Source of the DNA: Vicugna vicugna
Lineage: Eukaryota
Length of the DNA: 64,000 nucleotides
Reading direction: 5' to 3'
NCBI GenBank assembly: GCA_013265495.1
Contig: MU058451.1
Span: 2,971,305 to 3,035,304 of the forward strand
Position 1 is the first letter of the stretch, and each line of letters starts with the position of its first letter. Below are positions 40,243-53,545 of the stretch, piece by piece. The position numbers and the translations under genes were made by a program. The notes under the pieces are model-generated. The model was given only the letters and a program-made list of their open reading frames with translations. It was not told where the DNA came from and searched no databases.

Positions 40243-40280
40243 AAACCTAGGCTATTTTAACTCAGCATTGTTAATGAGAT

Positions 40281-40333
40281 TTATTATTATTAGTTATTAA
40301 TAATAATAATTACTACTACTACTACTATTATTA
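40281..40333. repeat. (ATT)/(AAT)/(ACT) compound microsatellite
   Basis: Read directly. Confidence 0.85.
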
Positions 40334-40559
40334 CATGACTCCATAGTAGCATCTTCTAATGAAAACTCTTAAATCCTTAACCTGTCTGTCTATCAACCGG
40401 ACTTTCCCTTTCGCCAAAGGCACAGGCTCTAAGTATCCTGGGAAAGTGATGCTTTTGTACCTAAGCAACCTCTATCTGCAAAACCGATGAGTAATTTGCA
40501 GTCAGTATTATTCATTATTCACTTTAATAATCAGGGACTCATATTTTAGATTGTTTTCC

Positions 40560-41070
40560 CTAACAAACGTCCACTTGCAGCTTCCAGGGGACTTGCGTAC
40601 CCCAGAGGCTTTCTGGAACGCGGACGCCCCCGCGTCTTTGCAGCCTCGGCCCCGGAGCGTTCTTCCCCGCGAAACTACACTTCCCAGTGTTCTGTTCGTC
40701 CGCGCGAACTTTCCCAGCTCCGGGTGGCATCGCGGGAAAGCTAAGGATATTCTGCAGGGCAGCGTGGGTGGAGGAAGTAAAGGGCGGACAATCGAGGCCC
40801 TCCCGCGCTCACACACCCCGAAATGGCTCGGAGGCAGGACGAGCAGAGAGGGGGCACGCCTTTGATGGCGGAAGGCAAGTCGGACGCAGAGGTTAAGCTC
40901 ATTCTGTACCACTGGACGCATTCCTTCAGCTCTCAAAAGGTAAAGGCCTCGGCCCGGCAGGCGGCGCAGATCAGGTTTCAGCACCGGGACAGCTCCCTCT
41001 GGGTGTCGCCCGGGTAAGCCAGCGCACCTAGAAACCGGCCTCCACGCCCTAAACCCGGGGGGCGCTCCCT
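40560..41070 (+). promoter_or_regulatory. GDAP1: GDAP1 CpG island / promoter with ZNF143-type, E2F, ETS and GC-box motifs
   Basis: CpG-rich. ACTACACTTCCCAGTGTTCT (40674-40693), GCGGGAAA (40732-40739), GGAAGT (40773-40778), GGGCGG (40782-40787). Confidence 0.85.
40823..40939 (+). CDS. GDAP1: GDAP1 coding exon 1 (117 nt)
   Basis: ATG in strong Kozak context (gaaATGG). MARRQDEQRGG...KLILYHWTHSFSSQK is the start of the GST-N domain. Donor AAG|GTAAAG. Confidence 0.97.
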
Positions 41071-41641
41071 TGTGGGGCAGGGATGCGCCTTGTGCAGGAG
41101 AAGGGAGAACCAGGCTGAGCTGGCAAGGCATGAGTCAGGCACTGCCACTCATGAAATGCGACAGAACTCCCCATCACTTTCGGCATTTGGGCTGGAGGCC
41201 TTGTCTCGGGGCCTTGGAGAGGGAGGCAGGGAGGGAAGGGCCTTCCTGCAGCCTCATAATCTACAGTTCCTTCTTTTGCTCTGGGTCGCATTCGCTCTCT
41301 TCCACAGGCCTGGCGTATCTGTTTCAAGGCCTTGTCAGGAGAAGACACATAAATAAGGTTTAGGACACAAAGAAAGTAGTAGTGATGGAGAGGGTGACTG
41401 TGGAATGAAAATAGCCAGAATCATTTTCATTACTTATTGTATTATCTATCTTTTCTAACGTATAGGAGCAAGATCCTAGAATACGTTTCACTTGTCAATA
41501 CCAGGTATAGGAATAGTTAAAAAGAATGTTGAAAATATTAATAACTCAGGGTAGCACAAAATAAACTGCTTAGTGGTATCCAGGGATGCCATTCAATTAA
41601 AAGCCTGCACATGTTGTGGTAACCAGTGTGAACTCTTCCAG

Positions 41642-41834
41642 GTGCGCTTGGTAATTGCTGAAAAGGCATTGAAGTGCGAGGAACATGATGTAAGTCTGCC
41701 CCTGAGTGAGCACAATGAGCCTTGGTTTATGCGTTTGAACTCAACTGGAGAAGTGCCTGTCCTTATCCACGGGGAAAACATTATTTGTGAGGCCACTCAG
41801 ATCATTGATTATCTTGAACAGACTTTCCTGGATG
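41642..41834 (+). CDS. GDAP1: GDAP1 coding exon 2 (193 nt)
   Basis: cttccag|GTGCGC; VRLVIAEKALKCEEHDVSLPLSEHNEPWFMRLNSTGEVPVLIHGENIICEATQIIDYLEQTFLD; donor ATG|GTAATG. Confidence 0.98.
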
Positions 41835-41901
41835 GTAATGTTAAGGCTATTTGTGATTTCTTGGATTTACTTTCAACACAAATATATGTATTTCCTCCCC
41901 C

Positions 41902-41968
41902 ACCTTCCTTCCCTCCTTCCCTTCCTTCCTTCCTTTTTCCTCCCTTACTCCCTTCCTTCCTTCCTTCT
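41902..41968. repeat. (CCTT)n pyrimidine microsatellite in GDAP1 intron 2
   Basis: Read directly. Confidence 0.9.
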
Positions 41969-43899
41969 TTTTGGTTTCATGATGATGGTTTAGTGCCAAA
42001 AACCTTTTCCATTTCCATAAGCACACAAATATAAAATGGAAAAAATAGCATAAATTTTGTATAAGCCAGTATAACTCTATTTAAAAGATTTAATGTAAAC
42101 TAACAATTTTAATGTTGGAACCTCCCTTTTAAATTCACTTGCAATAAACCCTGCAGGTGTATGGCTTGTGGGGGTGATCTATTAGCCTTGAAGTCAAATT
42201 CATAATGTTGATTCTAAAGGTATAATGTGAAGATCAGTTTCATCTAGTCTACCAAATGGTTCCACCTTAAAAAACAGTAGGAGGGAAAAAGAGGAATAAA
42301 TTCTAGGCAAGGGAGATTAAAATGTTGATACACTCAGAGATCTTTGCCCTTGGTTACTTCTATATTGTTTGAATTTTATATCCTTTGTGAGGAATTAAAT
42401 TTGTACAATGCTTTTAAGTAATAACTATTTATTGACAGCCTGTTTTATGTCAGGTATTTTATAATTTGTTTTAGGCCACCTTCAAAAAATCCAACCTGAG
42501 ATAGCATGGTAGACTAGTTATTCCCATTTTTGTACGTGAGGAAAGAGAAACCGAGGGGTTGCCTAAGGTAAATGTTGCAGTTTTATGGCAGAATGGGGCT
42601 GCAGTGCAAGCCTTTCAAATCGAAACCTTCATGTAACACAGACTGTCTCCCACAGTCATTGCTGCTTATACATTGTCTCACTTTTTCCTAACAACAAGCC
42701 TTTGAGATGAGCTGCAGCTTCAATATTTGCCCAAGATTACACAGCTGATCACTGGCAGAATTGAGAGCAGAACAGAGGCTCCTAGCTTTCAGCTATGTGC
42801 TGCTCTGAAAAAGAGGCTGCATGAGATCCAGTTACTCTTCATCTGCCACCAGTTATGTTGATGTTAACTGGGCAGGATAAAGCCAGAATGTGACCCCCAA
42901 TTATTGGAAGCTGAGAAAGGAAATTATGAGGTTCCTTCCCAGAAAATTCTGAGACTTAGAAGGAAAATAGGTATAAGACCTAAATAGTGGGATGGGGGTG
43001 GTGGTGGTTTACTCCAGCGAACTGGATTAGCAGTTGGCTACCCTTGTTCTTGATCCAAGTGTTTAGTTCCCTAGGATTCTTACCGGAGGTGGCCATTGAT
43101 CTAAACCAAAGAGTTTAATGAACTGCTTTTCCATCCGTCATTACTTGCAATTCCTGATAAGTCTAAATTCTGGGGACTGTACAGAAAATGGTGGCTGATT
43201 GACTTAAGACAATTTTTCTCAATCTTGAGCTTTTGGAAATGGACAAGTCTGCTATATAATAATTTGTATTTCTTGGGAGAATTGATTATAATACTGTGAA
43301 TAAGACCAAGTAATTGCATAAGAATTCTACTTTAAGTAATCAAAACTTTAAAAAGATACAGTAAGTGGGAAATCATATTTAAATGTTTTGTTAGCATCTC
43401 TTGAACTACTACTGCTACCACCATTCTCCTCCTCCTCCTCTTCCTTGCTTTGTTCCTTCTCCAAGATATTCAATAATATAAAATGTTACTTTACAATGTA
43501 ACAATCATCATAATAATGTTAATGATTATTAGGCTTTATTACATTTTTCTTTAAGCTTCTTTTGCTTTGACTATATACTACACAAAACTGAAATGCATTC
43601 TGAGTTGTGTTCAAGGCGAATACTAAGTTCTTATTACTATTTATTGAATCAGAGGAGAAGGCACTGTGGGCTAAACATTAAGATAAAAATAGGGAAACTA
43701 AGGACTTTAATTCTAGTTGTACCAATAGAATAAGTAAACAATCAAGAATCTGAGCTCTGAGTCTGAAGCTGTTGCACATCCTTGGTAACGTGACTTTTTG
43801 TTTGTCTTCTTGGACTAGGTGATAGCGTTTAATCAGTTGCAGAGATAAAGCAAGTTCAGTCAACTCTTATTTCACTCTTCCTGTTTCCCAAGGAGAGTA

Positions 43900-45370
43900 A
43901 TCATTCAGTCAGAAAGAGTTAAGAGATTAAGAGAACTAAAACCCATAGTAGATATGAAGACAGCAAGAAAACAATTATATAAATGAAGGTTAGTCTAGTC
44001 TCCAGACAAAGTTTCCCTCAAATGTAAGCATTATCAAAATAATTATTATGATAATTTATATTTATCATTAAGAACTCATGGAGATTAGGAAAAGAGCCAG
44101 ACAAGAAATCGACAAATGTTATCCCAATTGTCAGAGAAGGGGAAAGGTGAATTCTACTAATCCTTGCTACTTAATCTGTATTCTAGTGATCAGCAGCATT
44201 AGGAGTTTGTCAGCACTACAGGCTCCTAAACTCTCCTGCAGATCTCTTGAATCAGAATCTGCATTTTAACAAGATTCCCAAGCAAATCATATATGTATTA
44301 AAGTTTGAGAATCACTACTACAAATTACTGTGCGTTAAGTATTTGCTTAAACTTTCAGCATTTATAAAATACTGTTTTTCATAAGTGTGGCAGAGTTGTA
44401 GAATGAATTGTTAAAAATTAAAAAAAAATATTTTGAGTATCTCAATTAAAAGGAACTGGCCTAAATTTTACATTACTGGAGAATGTCTGTAACACTTAAA
44501 AAATGAGCATTACGTGCTGGGCAGGGTTCTAGGTATTGTGTATCTTGGTTTAATGAGAGCATTTGAGATTATTTCATATAATACTGCGGTGGAATGAAGG
44601 AGCAAATGTGGCTAGATGAGAGTAATGCATATTTTCCAATGAATAAATAACATATTGAAGAATATTCATGAATTAATTTCTTATGCCAGGTTGCTTGTTT
44701 AGCCATGGACTCTCATTTACTTATCCAATGATAATTTTATGACACTTTAATTATTTCAATTACTTGTAGACCACAGTAAGTGCAGTGAGGTTAGAGACAG
44801 TATCTGTCTCATTACCAACTGTATTCCCAATGCCTCATATGTGAATGTTCTCTAACAGGAGTTAATAAATACTTTTGAATGATTAAGATGAATGAGTTAT
44901 TGAAATAGATGTCTGCCTGGACAGGGATCTCTACTGGCATTCCTTTAGGCTTCTATTTTCTGACTTGAGCCTAACAATTCTATAAATGATTTGAATAAAG
45001 ACAGTAGAAATACTACTACACTTGTGGATGTCAAGCTGTGATAGATAAAGTGATGACTAGCTTATGAAATGCTTCTTATGGAGCAATAAAATGGAAAAAA
45101 AAACATGATTAAATTTAACAAAGCTAAAAGTAATATATGACTTTTGCATTAATGAAGGCTGGGAGACCTGGCTTGTTAGTAAGTTACCAACAAAAGCCAA
45201 TAATGAAATAAAAAACGAGTGTGATCTCAAGTTGCTTCAAAAGTATAGGTTCTATCTAGAATATGACAAACTGTGACCTGCTACATTTGAAATGTTTGGA
45301 ACATGCAGCATTTTGTCCAATAATGGATGGAACTTTCAGGAAAGTTGACAAATTAGAATGATAATAAATG
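43900..45370 (+). mobile_element. L3/CR1 LINE RT remnant interrupted by MER5-type (~44180-44320) and L2 (~44760-44900) insertions
   Basis: aaatgttatcccaattgtcagagaaggggaaagg and ggcattcc...ataaatgatttgaataaagac...gtggatgtcaagctg resemble CR1 RT (ANVVPIFKKG; GVPQG...INDL...ADDTKL). Confidence 0.55.
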
Positions 45371-48034
45371 AATGGATTTATGAGGTGTATAGTGGCCCAT
45401 GGTTATAGTAAGAGGCTTTCAGTGTATCCATTCATCTAAAGACCAGAGTGCAGTCAACTGGCATCTCTTTTGCTGTTATTTGCTATCCTTTATTAGCCTA
45501 TTGACTAGGGATTGTACTAAAAATGATGCTTGCTGACCTGTACTTCTTTCTCAAACTTTCTGTTTGATCAGGATTTACATATTTACATCTTTATGCTTTT
45601 GGGATATCACAATCTCTTTTAGTGAACTTTAATTTGGCCGCTAGATAATAAAAAAATGAGAATGAAATAACTATAAAATACTAGAATACATACTATTTAT
45701 TACTGCCAATTAACTCAGTGATGACCTAGAATCAAGGATGTCATATGGCAAATGTTGAACTTTGGTAATTTAAAACGTTCTGTAACAGTTCTCTGAAGCT
45801 CATGTCCCATGTCTTATATCTATATATATTATTTTAAGTATTCTTAGGAAATAGAATGTCATTTGGAAATAATCCAAGTTATCTGGTATGATATTAATGT
45901 ACCATGTATAAGTCTGATTATGAAATATAAAGTTATTTTATAGATACAATTTTATCAATATATATAGAAAATCAACTCAGATTTTAAAAAGAACATTAAT
46001 TCTAAAATTACTGTTATGTTAAAATATATACAGTTATTTATATAAGGAATTTCTGATTATTGTTAAGGTCGTAGAATAAATAATTTTGTGTCTATTAATA
46101 AAAGGCATTCATATATATTTGAATAACATTACATGCTTTTTAGTACATCTTCTGAAATTGCAGATTAGCACAAAGATTGTAACTGAGTGCAGAGAAAATA
46201 TGGTATATGGTAAGGAAAAGAAAATGAGTCTTTAAGACTCATGATTGTGCCAATAAAAGTGGTTTTAAAAAGTAACTTTCAAAAAAACTTTCTGTGATTT
46301 GTTAAATTTTAGTGGAAGGAGGGGGTGTTAAAATGCAGAAGTCCTGATTCTATAGGATATGTATACAATAATTGAAACAAACTGTCTGATAAAGGAGTTT
46401 TTGCCCCCCAATTATAAATGTTTCTGTAAAAGTCTTAAATATAGTACCGACTCAATAAAAAGTAGTTAAACATTTAAGGTATAAAATTTATTGAATATAA
46501 TGCTATAAATTTGCTGTCTCAGAAAATTCTGGATGCATATGCTAAACATATAATTTGACACCATGTGTTTTTTCTCATCTGCATTTAGATATGTTCTTTC
46601 TGGTTCTAAAGTTATGACAGCCTTGAATTGTAGTCAGTTTGTAACCATATCTTTTGCTTTAGGTAACTTAATTGCTTATCATTATTATTATATTTTAATA
46701 GCCTGGTGTATGACTAGTTGAAAGGTACAATTTTGTTCAGCTTCATGCTACATATTATCTTCTATTCCAAAGTCATCACTGAGTGATCTAAGTAAAATAA
46801 AAAATCAGCAAAGGGCTAGAGATAGGACTGAAGTCTAATCTGTTATCATTGAGCTAATAAGGGAGACCTGAAAATTACTTAGATAGAACTATGGGGAGTC
46901 TTTCTTGAAAACAAGGCATAATAATGTCTCCTTTATCTGCCATCACTGGGGAATGTAAGCAGTCAGTTTAGGAAAATAATAAAATTCTCATCTTTTCATT
47001 TTTTCCTCTTGGGGACATGGAATGTGATTTTTTTTTTAAATTGCTCAGGGCCACTGTTATTCTACCCAGCAATACAGGGATTTGAGGATATATGGAGCTA
47101 CTTGTCCTCATTAAATGGTTGCAGAATGCTTTTATTGTTCCTTTCTGACTTAAAAATTTTTTTCTTTTGTTTTCTCTGGATGTTCTTTATCATATTTTTC
47201 TGCTTTATGTCTGTTTCTAATTTGCTGCCTCAGTTTAGGTGCAACACATGACCTGCCTTTGTCCCTACTCAGTTCCTCAATGAAATCAGGTCTTATGCCA
47301 ATGTATTCATTTATTCTTGTTTATTCTTCCAGCTTAGTCACTAGTCCTGGCTTCCACTCCTGTAACCCTGCTCCCCAGTGCTGGGAACGCCTCTCACTGC
47401 CTGCTTCTTAAAAGTCCTCTGATTCCTTGTCCTGCCCCTGTAAGCCTCCTAGTGCTTTCCCACCCCTGACCGAGGTAGAACACCGAGAAAAGGTTTTCTA
47501 TCTTCAATATCATAACAAAAATGCTTTATGGAAGGATTAGAAAATAAGATGAGCATGAGAGGGAAGATATTCTGTATAATTCAAAGGAAATCCCCAATTG
47601 TCTTTGGAAAAGCTCTCTCTCTAGAGGCAGGGGACAGTGTTGTGCACTGCTGTCAGGAGGATGCTGGCAGCATTTGGATGTGTGACCCTGGACAGGGTGT
47701 CCTTGAAAGGGGAGAGTCAGCTTGGAAAAGAAGATGGGTCCAGTGGGTACATTAAGCTCTGTCTGACAAAGTGTTTTAGGAGACAGTTATATAGTAATGA
47801 TGCCTTGAGTAGAAGAAGATTCTTTTCATGCATTTAAACATTTGGATTCAGACTTGGCCAGATGGACCTTCCCCAGGAAGCAATTAGACGTTGTTTTTCC
47901 CACTCTCATTTACTTTTCCAGGAAGGAAGTGGTGTGGTCTTCTGAAGGCAAGCCCCGGGCCTGGCACCAGAAAGCAGCCTGAGCCAGTAACCATAAATTT
48001 AACCACTTGGGAAGCATTTTAAAATGCTGTATCA

Positions 48035-48881
48035 TTGATGGTTGTTAACCTGTGGTTCTTGGACCTCCAGAGCAGCAGTTCTTAAACTTTTTGGTTTCAG
48101 GGCCCCTTTCTCTTAAAAATTAATGAGGACATTTGAGAGCTTTTGTTTATGTGGGCTACCTATCAATAGTTATCAAATGAGAAATTAAAACTGAGAAAAG
48201 TTGAAAACAGAAGAATAGTCAAGCCCGCATTCCGTTAACTGTCAGAGTGATGGAGTTATCGTGTGTCGCGTAGCCTCTGGAAAATACCAGCGGACACTTG
48301 AGAGAATGAGAGTGAAAAAGCAATTAACATCTTGGGATGAGTAAAAAAGTAGCTTTGGCTTGTGGACTCCCTGAGAGTGTCTTTGAGAAGCCCTGGGATT
48401 CTCAGACCATACTTTGAGAACTGTTGCCCGTCATGGTCTGTGAATAGAGTTCAGGAGATTTGATATCTTAGAGGGGAAAAATTACATCCTTATTTTCACT
48501 GATTTCCAATAGAAATCTATCATTTCCTTTCATTTTGGATGTAGCCATAATCCACCACCATCTCAGCGGTGCCTGTGACTTTGCTCATGTGTTCATGTGA
48601 TGGTGATGTGTTCACAGCATACCAAGGTATTGCAGGTATCTTAAAATATCACTTACGGCCATCACTACTTTGAATTTATGCTCGCTATTAGATCTGCTTC
48701 TAGATCTTGTTAATGTATTAATAAAAGGCACCCATCTTAGTATTTTATAGTTTAAAATTACTTTGACAACATATTTTTAATATAATAAATTTTCCTTTGC
48801 AAACTTATGTCTTGTATTTTACACATTTAAGGACATTATACTGAGAAGAGGCCAGTGGCACACCAAAGGTTAAGAATTCTT
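48035..48881. mobile_element. Charlie4a-like hAT element containing a nested Charlie1-family element (48073-48426)
   Basis: Outer ends ggttgttaacctg / aaaggttaagaattc; inner TIRs cagcagttcttaaa / tttgagaactgttg. Internal sequences resemble the recalled consensus. Confidence 0.75.
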
Positions 48882-50456
48882 TAGAATATCTGGGACCTTA
48901 GAATGCCTCCAGTCTGTTATCCTCATGGAAATGCCTACCATGCATTGGTTGGGATCCTGGTAATATTCTGAGATCCTGGAAGTTCAGCAAGGAGGTGTGC
49001 TCTACCTGGCAGACCCACTGTTGATGGGCAGTGTGTAGCTGACATTTCATTCTTGGTTATTCTAATGCAGGTCTCAGAAATTGGACTCCCCAGCAGGGAA
49101 TTAGATATTTGCCCTCTGGTTTGAGGAGTAATCCATCTTCTTTTTAATTAGAGAGTCAAAAATAGCCCATTGGCTTAAAAAGCTTGTTGGTCTGGCATTA
49201 GGAGATTTTGCCTGGAATTCTCTGCAACCAGCTTTGAATTGTCAATGCTTATGAGTGAGTGTGGGATGCTTAAAAGGATTCCAAATTAAATAAATAACCC
49301 AAGCTAAATGAATAAATTAATAAGCAGACATAAATGAATCAAGTTAAGGCTGTTCTTTTCACCTGTTGGATCAGTAAGTTCGTTGGCATTTCTCAGGGGC
49401 AGTTTGGGAGTCAGAAGTGGGAATTGATTCTGTAGGAACCTTTTGATCACCTAGTTTATCTTTATTCTTCTTGGATGGTCTCTGAAATACGAACCCTTTG
49501 AAGATGTTAGGATGATGTAATAAAACAGAGCACTGCATTAGGACTTAATGACTTTGGTCCTTGTTCTGCCTCTAATTAGCTGTGGGATCTTGGGAGAATG
49601 TCTCAATGTCCTCATTCACTGCTGCAGAGCTCAAATATTCTCTAATAACTAGCACTTTGAGACTATATTCACTAATTCACGCATTAATTGGAATTTACCA
49701 AATACCTACGATGAGCCAAACATTGTATCAGGCACTTGGGATTCAACAAAGAAGAGTACATGGCCCCTGCCCTTAACAAGTCTATAGTCTAGAGTTTAAC
49801 CAGCAAATGAGGATTATGCAGAACTCACTTTCCACAGATAAAATGTTAGGAATTCCTGGTGAATTCCATGAAGACGGTCAGTGCACATTCAGGCTCACTC
49901 TTGGCATTAATTGGAACCTAGGAAGGAGAGGTCCCTGCTCATCTTCCCATAATGAATGTTCATTCACTTAACCAACCTTTACCAAGGGCCCAACGTGTAT
50001 GAGACACTACGCTAGACCCTGGATCGTAGTTTCCTTGCCCCGAAGAGGTTCGTGGGGCAAAAAGATACAAATAGCTAATTAAAGCGATAAGGGCTGTAAT
50101 GAAGTATGTACAGAGTATTTTGCATGTACAGAAGAAGAAGGCACCCTTGACCTGGTCAGATGTCAGTAGTTGTAGGAGGCTGGGGAGGGTTCCACAGAGG
50201 AGTTGGCATAAGTAACAACCTTGAGGCTGAGTAGTGATTTGCAGAGTGGAAAAGTGTGATCGTGGTTTGGCATCTGGTCTAGTACACCAGTCCACTTCAG
50301 ATTTTCAGAATCTGGGCTGGGGAGAGAGCATCCTTTACATGCCTTCGTATAATATTGAAAATGTTAGTGATGAGGGTTAGGGTTTTTGTTTTTTTACCTC
50401 TGGATATACTATCTCATTGGTAACTTTTTCCTCTAATGTTTGTGTGTGTGTTTTAG

Positions 50457-50630
50457 AAAAAACACCCAGGTTAATGCCTGATAAAGGAAGCATGTATTAC
50501 CCACGGGTACAACATTATCGAGAACTACTTGACTCCTTGCCAATGGATGCCTACACACACGGCTGCATCCTACATCCTGAGCTAACTGTGGACTCCATGA
50601 TCCCAGCTTATGCAACAACAAGGATTCGCA
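50457..50630 (+). CDS. GDAP1: GDAP1 coding exon 3 (174 nt)
   Basis: ttttag|AAAAAACACCC; (E)KTPRLMPDKGSMYYPRVQHYRELLDSLPMDAYTHGCILHPELTVDSMIPAYATTRIR; donor GCA|GTATGT. Confidence 0.98.
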
Positions 50631-51718
50631 GTATGTAAAGATCTTAAAGACCTAGAATGCTGTTTAGAGTTTCTTTGAATTTATTTTTGGGACCTAGCAC
50701 ATCTCATGAAGACTTGGGACAGGGTTGCTGAGTTTGCTTCATGGACATGCATGTTATACATCGATCCGTGCACCAGTCAGACTAATCTGTGTTTCAGCTG
50801 TTCAGCTGGACATCTGTTGTCTACAGGACCTGAATTTTCCAGCTCTTGGCCTTGAAGGCCAAGCTTAGATAAAGCTCAGAAGAGTGGCCTGTAGAAAAGC
50901 AAAGAACGTAACATGTTCTCATGGACAGATGGACTAGGAGTTAGGAAAGCTGGGGTGTTCTGGGAGTCACGGACAACTAGGTTCACATTTCTGGTCCTTA
51001 ATTTTCATTTCATTGTGTGAGGGAGCGGGACTACAGGCTGTCTCACCCTTACTCCACCTCTAAACTCAGTGACTGGAGATTCACTAAGGTTGAGTTGTGA
51101 TCGCCAACTGTCCTGTCCTCCTGTCCCGCGGACAGAGAAGGGTCAGTGCAAGGGATGAGGAGCCAGAGGCGGTGTGCACTGTGGCCCAGGAGGCTGGGAA
51201 GGAAGGGAGGTACCTGTGGTCAGACCCTGTGGGTGTTTGACCGAACACTCACACCCAGCTCTCCTAATCCCACAAAGTGCGTCCTTTCTGTCTCACCAAG
51301 CCTCACCTGTGTGGTTCTCTGACTTAGGCTGTTTACCTCGTTTCTGATACTCCCCTCCCCTCCCCTCGCCTCCTCCTTCCCGTCGCTGCTCCTCTCCCCT
51401 CTGCTTTCCTCCCCGCTCTTCCAGCTTCTCACCTTCCTCTTGCTCCTCCACCTTCTCCCCGTCCATACTCATTATATGACTTGACACAAGTATTCTGACT
51501 ATACTTCTATCACCTAGAGTAAACATTTCTTTAAATAAGGCTTTTCCCTCCCCTTCACGTAAAAGTTCATTACAGAAAGCATGAAAGGTACTGGAAGGTA
51601 GAATGACTGCTCTGCGCTGAGCATTTCCGACGTGCTGGGCTGGGCTTTGCCCTAAATGCTTCCCATTTCGTCCTCCGCCCGTGCGCAGATACTCTGATGG
51701 CTGCATTTTAAAACTGAG

Positions 51719-51842
51719 CTCACAGAGAAAAAAATGTGACAGTGAATATATACATGTTCATGTTTAACTGAAAAATTGTGCTCTACACTGGAATTTGACA
51801 CATTGTAAAATGATTATAAATCAATAAAAATGTTTAAAAAAG
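51719..51842 (+). mobile_element. Very short young L1 3' end with 8-bp TSD inside a MIR-like element
   Basis: Near-identical to 15661-15784 (ctcacag..aaaaaaatgtgaca.tgaatata...gaaaaattgtgctctacactggaatttgacac). TSD aaactgag at 51711-51718 and 51843-51850. Confidence 0.85.
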
Positions 51843-52002
51843 AAACTGAGGACACTGAGGCGCAGAGAGGGCAAGTCTGAGGCAGACGCAGGGTGTGGCC
51901 TGCAGGGCTCAGACTGTCACCATCCAGTTTCCCTGCTTTTCCTTGTTTCTTGTGTGGAAGGGAGGAAGTAATTTTCTAATTCAAAAATTATTTTATTATC
52001 AG

Positions 52003-52097
52003 GCCAAATCGGTAACACAGAGTCGGAACTGAAAAAACTTGCTGAAGAAAACCCAGATTTACAAGAAGCGTATATTGCAAAGCAGAAGCGACTTAAA
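52003..52097 (+). CDS. GDAP1: GDAP1 coding exon 4 (95 nt)
   Basis: Not in the ORF track; read by hand. ttatcag|GCCAAATC; (S)QIGNTESELKKLAEENPDLQEAYIAKQKRLK; donor AAA|GTAAGT; phases are consistent with exons 3 and 5. Confidence 0.97.
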
Positions 52098-52509
52098 GTA
52101 AGTAAACTGGGCTATCCTCCACTGACATCTGCTGTTTGTATTAAATGCGCTACTTTTTGTAAAGTGTCACTGTTTCTTAGAACATCTTCTATTAAATATT
52201 GCAAGTCACCAGTACTCATGTGACCTTTGGCTTATGCTCTGCTTTTAGAAAGAATTTTTCTTTATTAGATTTGCTATTCAGGCCAAACGACAGTTGTTTA
52301 AAAAGCAGGTATCGCTCAGGCTTGTTGTCAAGGAAAGTTATAAAATGTAAAAGCAAGTTAATAAAATATTCTAGGAACGTGTCATTTCAGGTATTTTGCC
52401 CCTTTAATGCAGCTAGACCTCTGTCTGTGACTTTTTTTAATACCAGTAAGGTAACTGGTGAGTTTGCCTTTTTAATATATACTCTCTTGGCTCTTCTCAA
52501 TTTTTTTCC

Positions 52510-53545
52510 TTTTTACCTTTTAACCATCTTCATCCATTTTTCCACCTCCTCACCTCCTGCCTCTGGTCCATTCTCTGCACCTATGAGCTTGGGCATTTGT
52601 TTTTGGATTCCATGTATAAGAGAGATTATGCAGTATTTGTCTTTCTCTGTCTGACATTTCACTTAGCATAATGCCCTCAAGGTCTATTCATGTTGTCACA
52701 AAAGGCAAAATTTCACTCTTTTTTATAGTTTAATAATATTCCACTCTCTCTCTATGTACATCACAATTTCTTGATTGATTCATCTGTTAATGGACACAAG
52801 CTGTTTCCATGTCTTGGCTGTCATGAATAATGCCCCAATGAACATGGGAATGCAGGTATCTTCTTGAGTTTGTGTTTTTGTTTTCTCTGGATAAACACCC
52901 AGAAGTGGAATTGCTGGATTGTATGGCAGTTCTATTTTTAGTTTTCTGAGGACCCTCCATACTGTTTTGCCAAGTGGCTACACCAGTTTACATTCCCACC
53001 AACAGAACACAAGGGTGCCCTTTTCTCTACATCCTTGTCAACACTTGTGATTTCTTATCTTTGTGATAATAGCCATTCTAACAGGGGCAACATATCTTAT
53101 TGTGGTTTTAATTTTCTTTTTCCTGGTGATTGACAGCACTGAGCATCCTTTCATGTACCTGTTGGCCGTTGTAAGTCTTCTTTGGAAAAATGTCTGTTCA
53201 GATCTTCTGCTCATATTTTAATTGGATTGTTTGTTTTGCTATTGAGTTGTGTGAAATTCTTTATATATTTTAGCTATCAGGCCCTTATCAGATATATGAT
53301 TTGCAAATATTTTCTCCCACTTAGTAGGCTGCCTTTTCATTTTGTTGATGGTTTCCTTTGCTGTGAAGAAGCTTATTAGTTTAATGTCGTCCCTCCTGCG
53401 TATTTTTGCTTTTCTTACTTTTGCTTTTGGTTTCAGATTTAAAAAATCATCGCCAAGACTAATGTCAGCGAGCTTCCCACCTATGCTTTCTTTTAGGAGT
53501 TTATGGTTTCAGGTTTTACATTCAAGTCTTGAATCCATATAGAGT
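52510..53545 (-). mobile_element. L1 3' fragment in GDAP1 intron 4
   Basis: Antisense L1 3'UTR/ORF2 end (cagtatttgtctttctctgtctgac; ttggaaaaatgtctgttcagatc; tcctttgctgtgaagaagctt). Confidence 0.9.

Noticed and set aside
40865..40867. Second in-frame GDAP1 ATG (Met15) as alternative start
   Set aside because: Weak context (T at -3) downstream of a strong-context first ATG.
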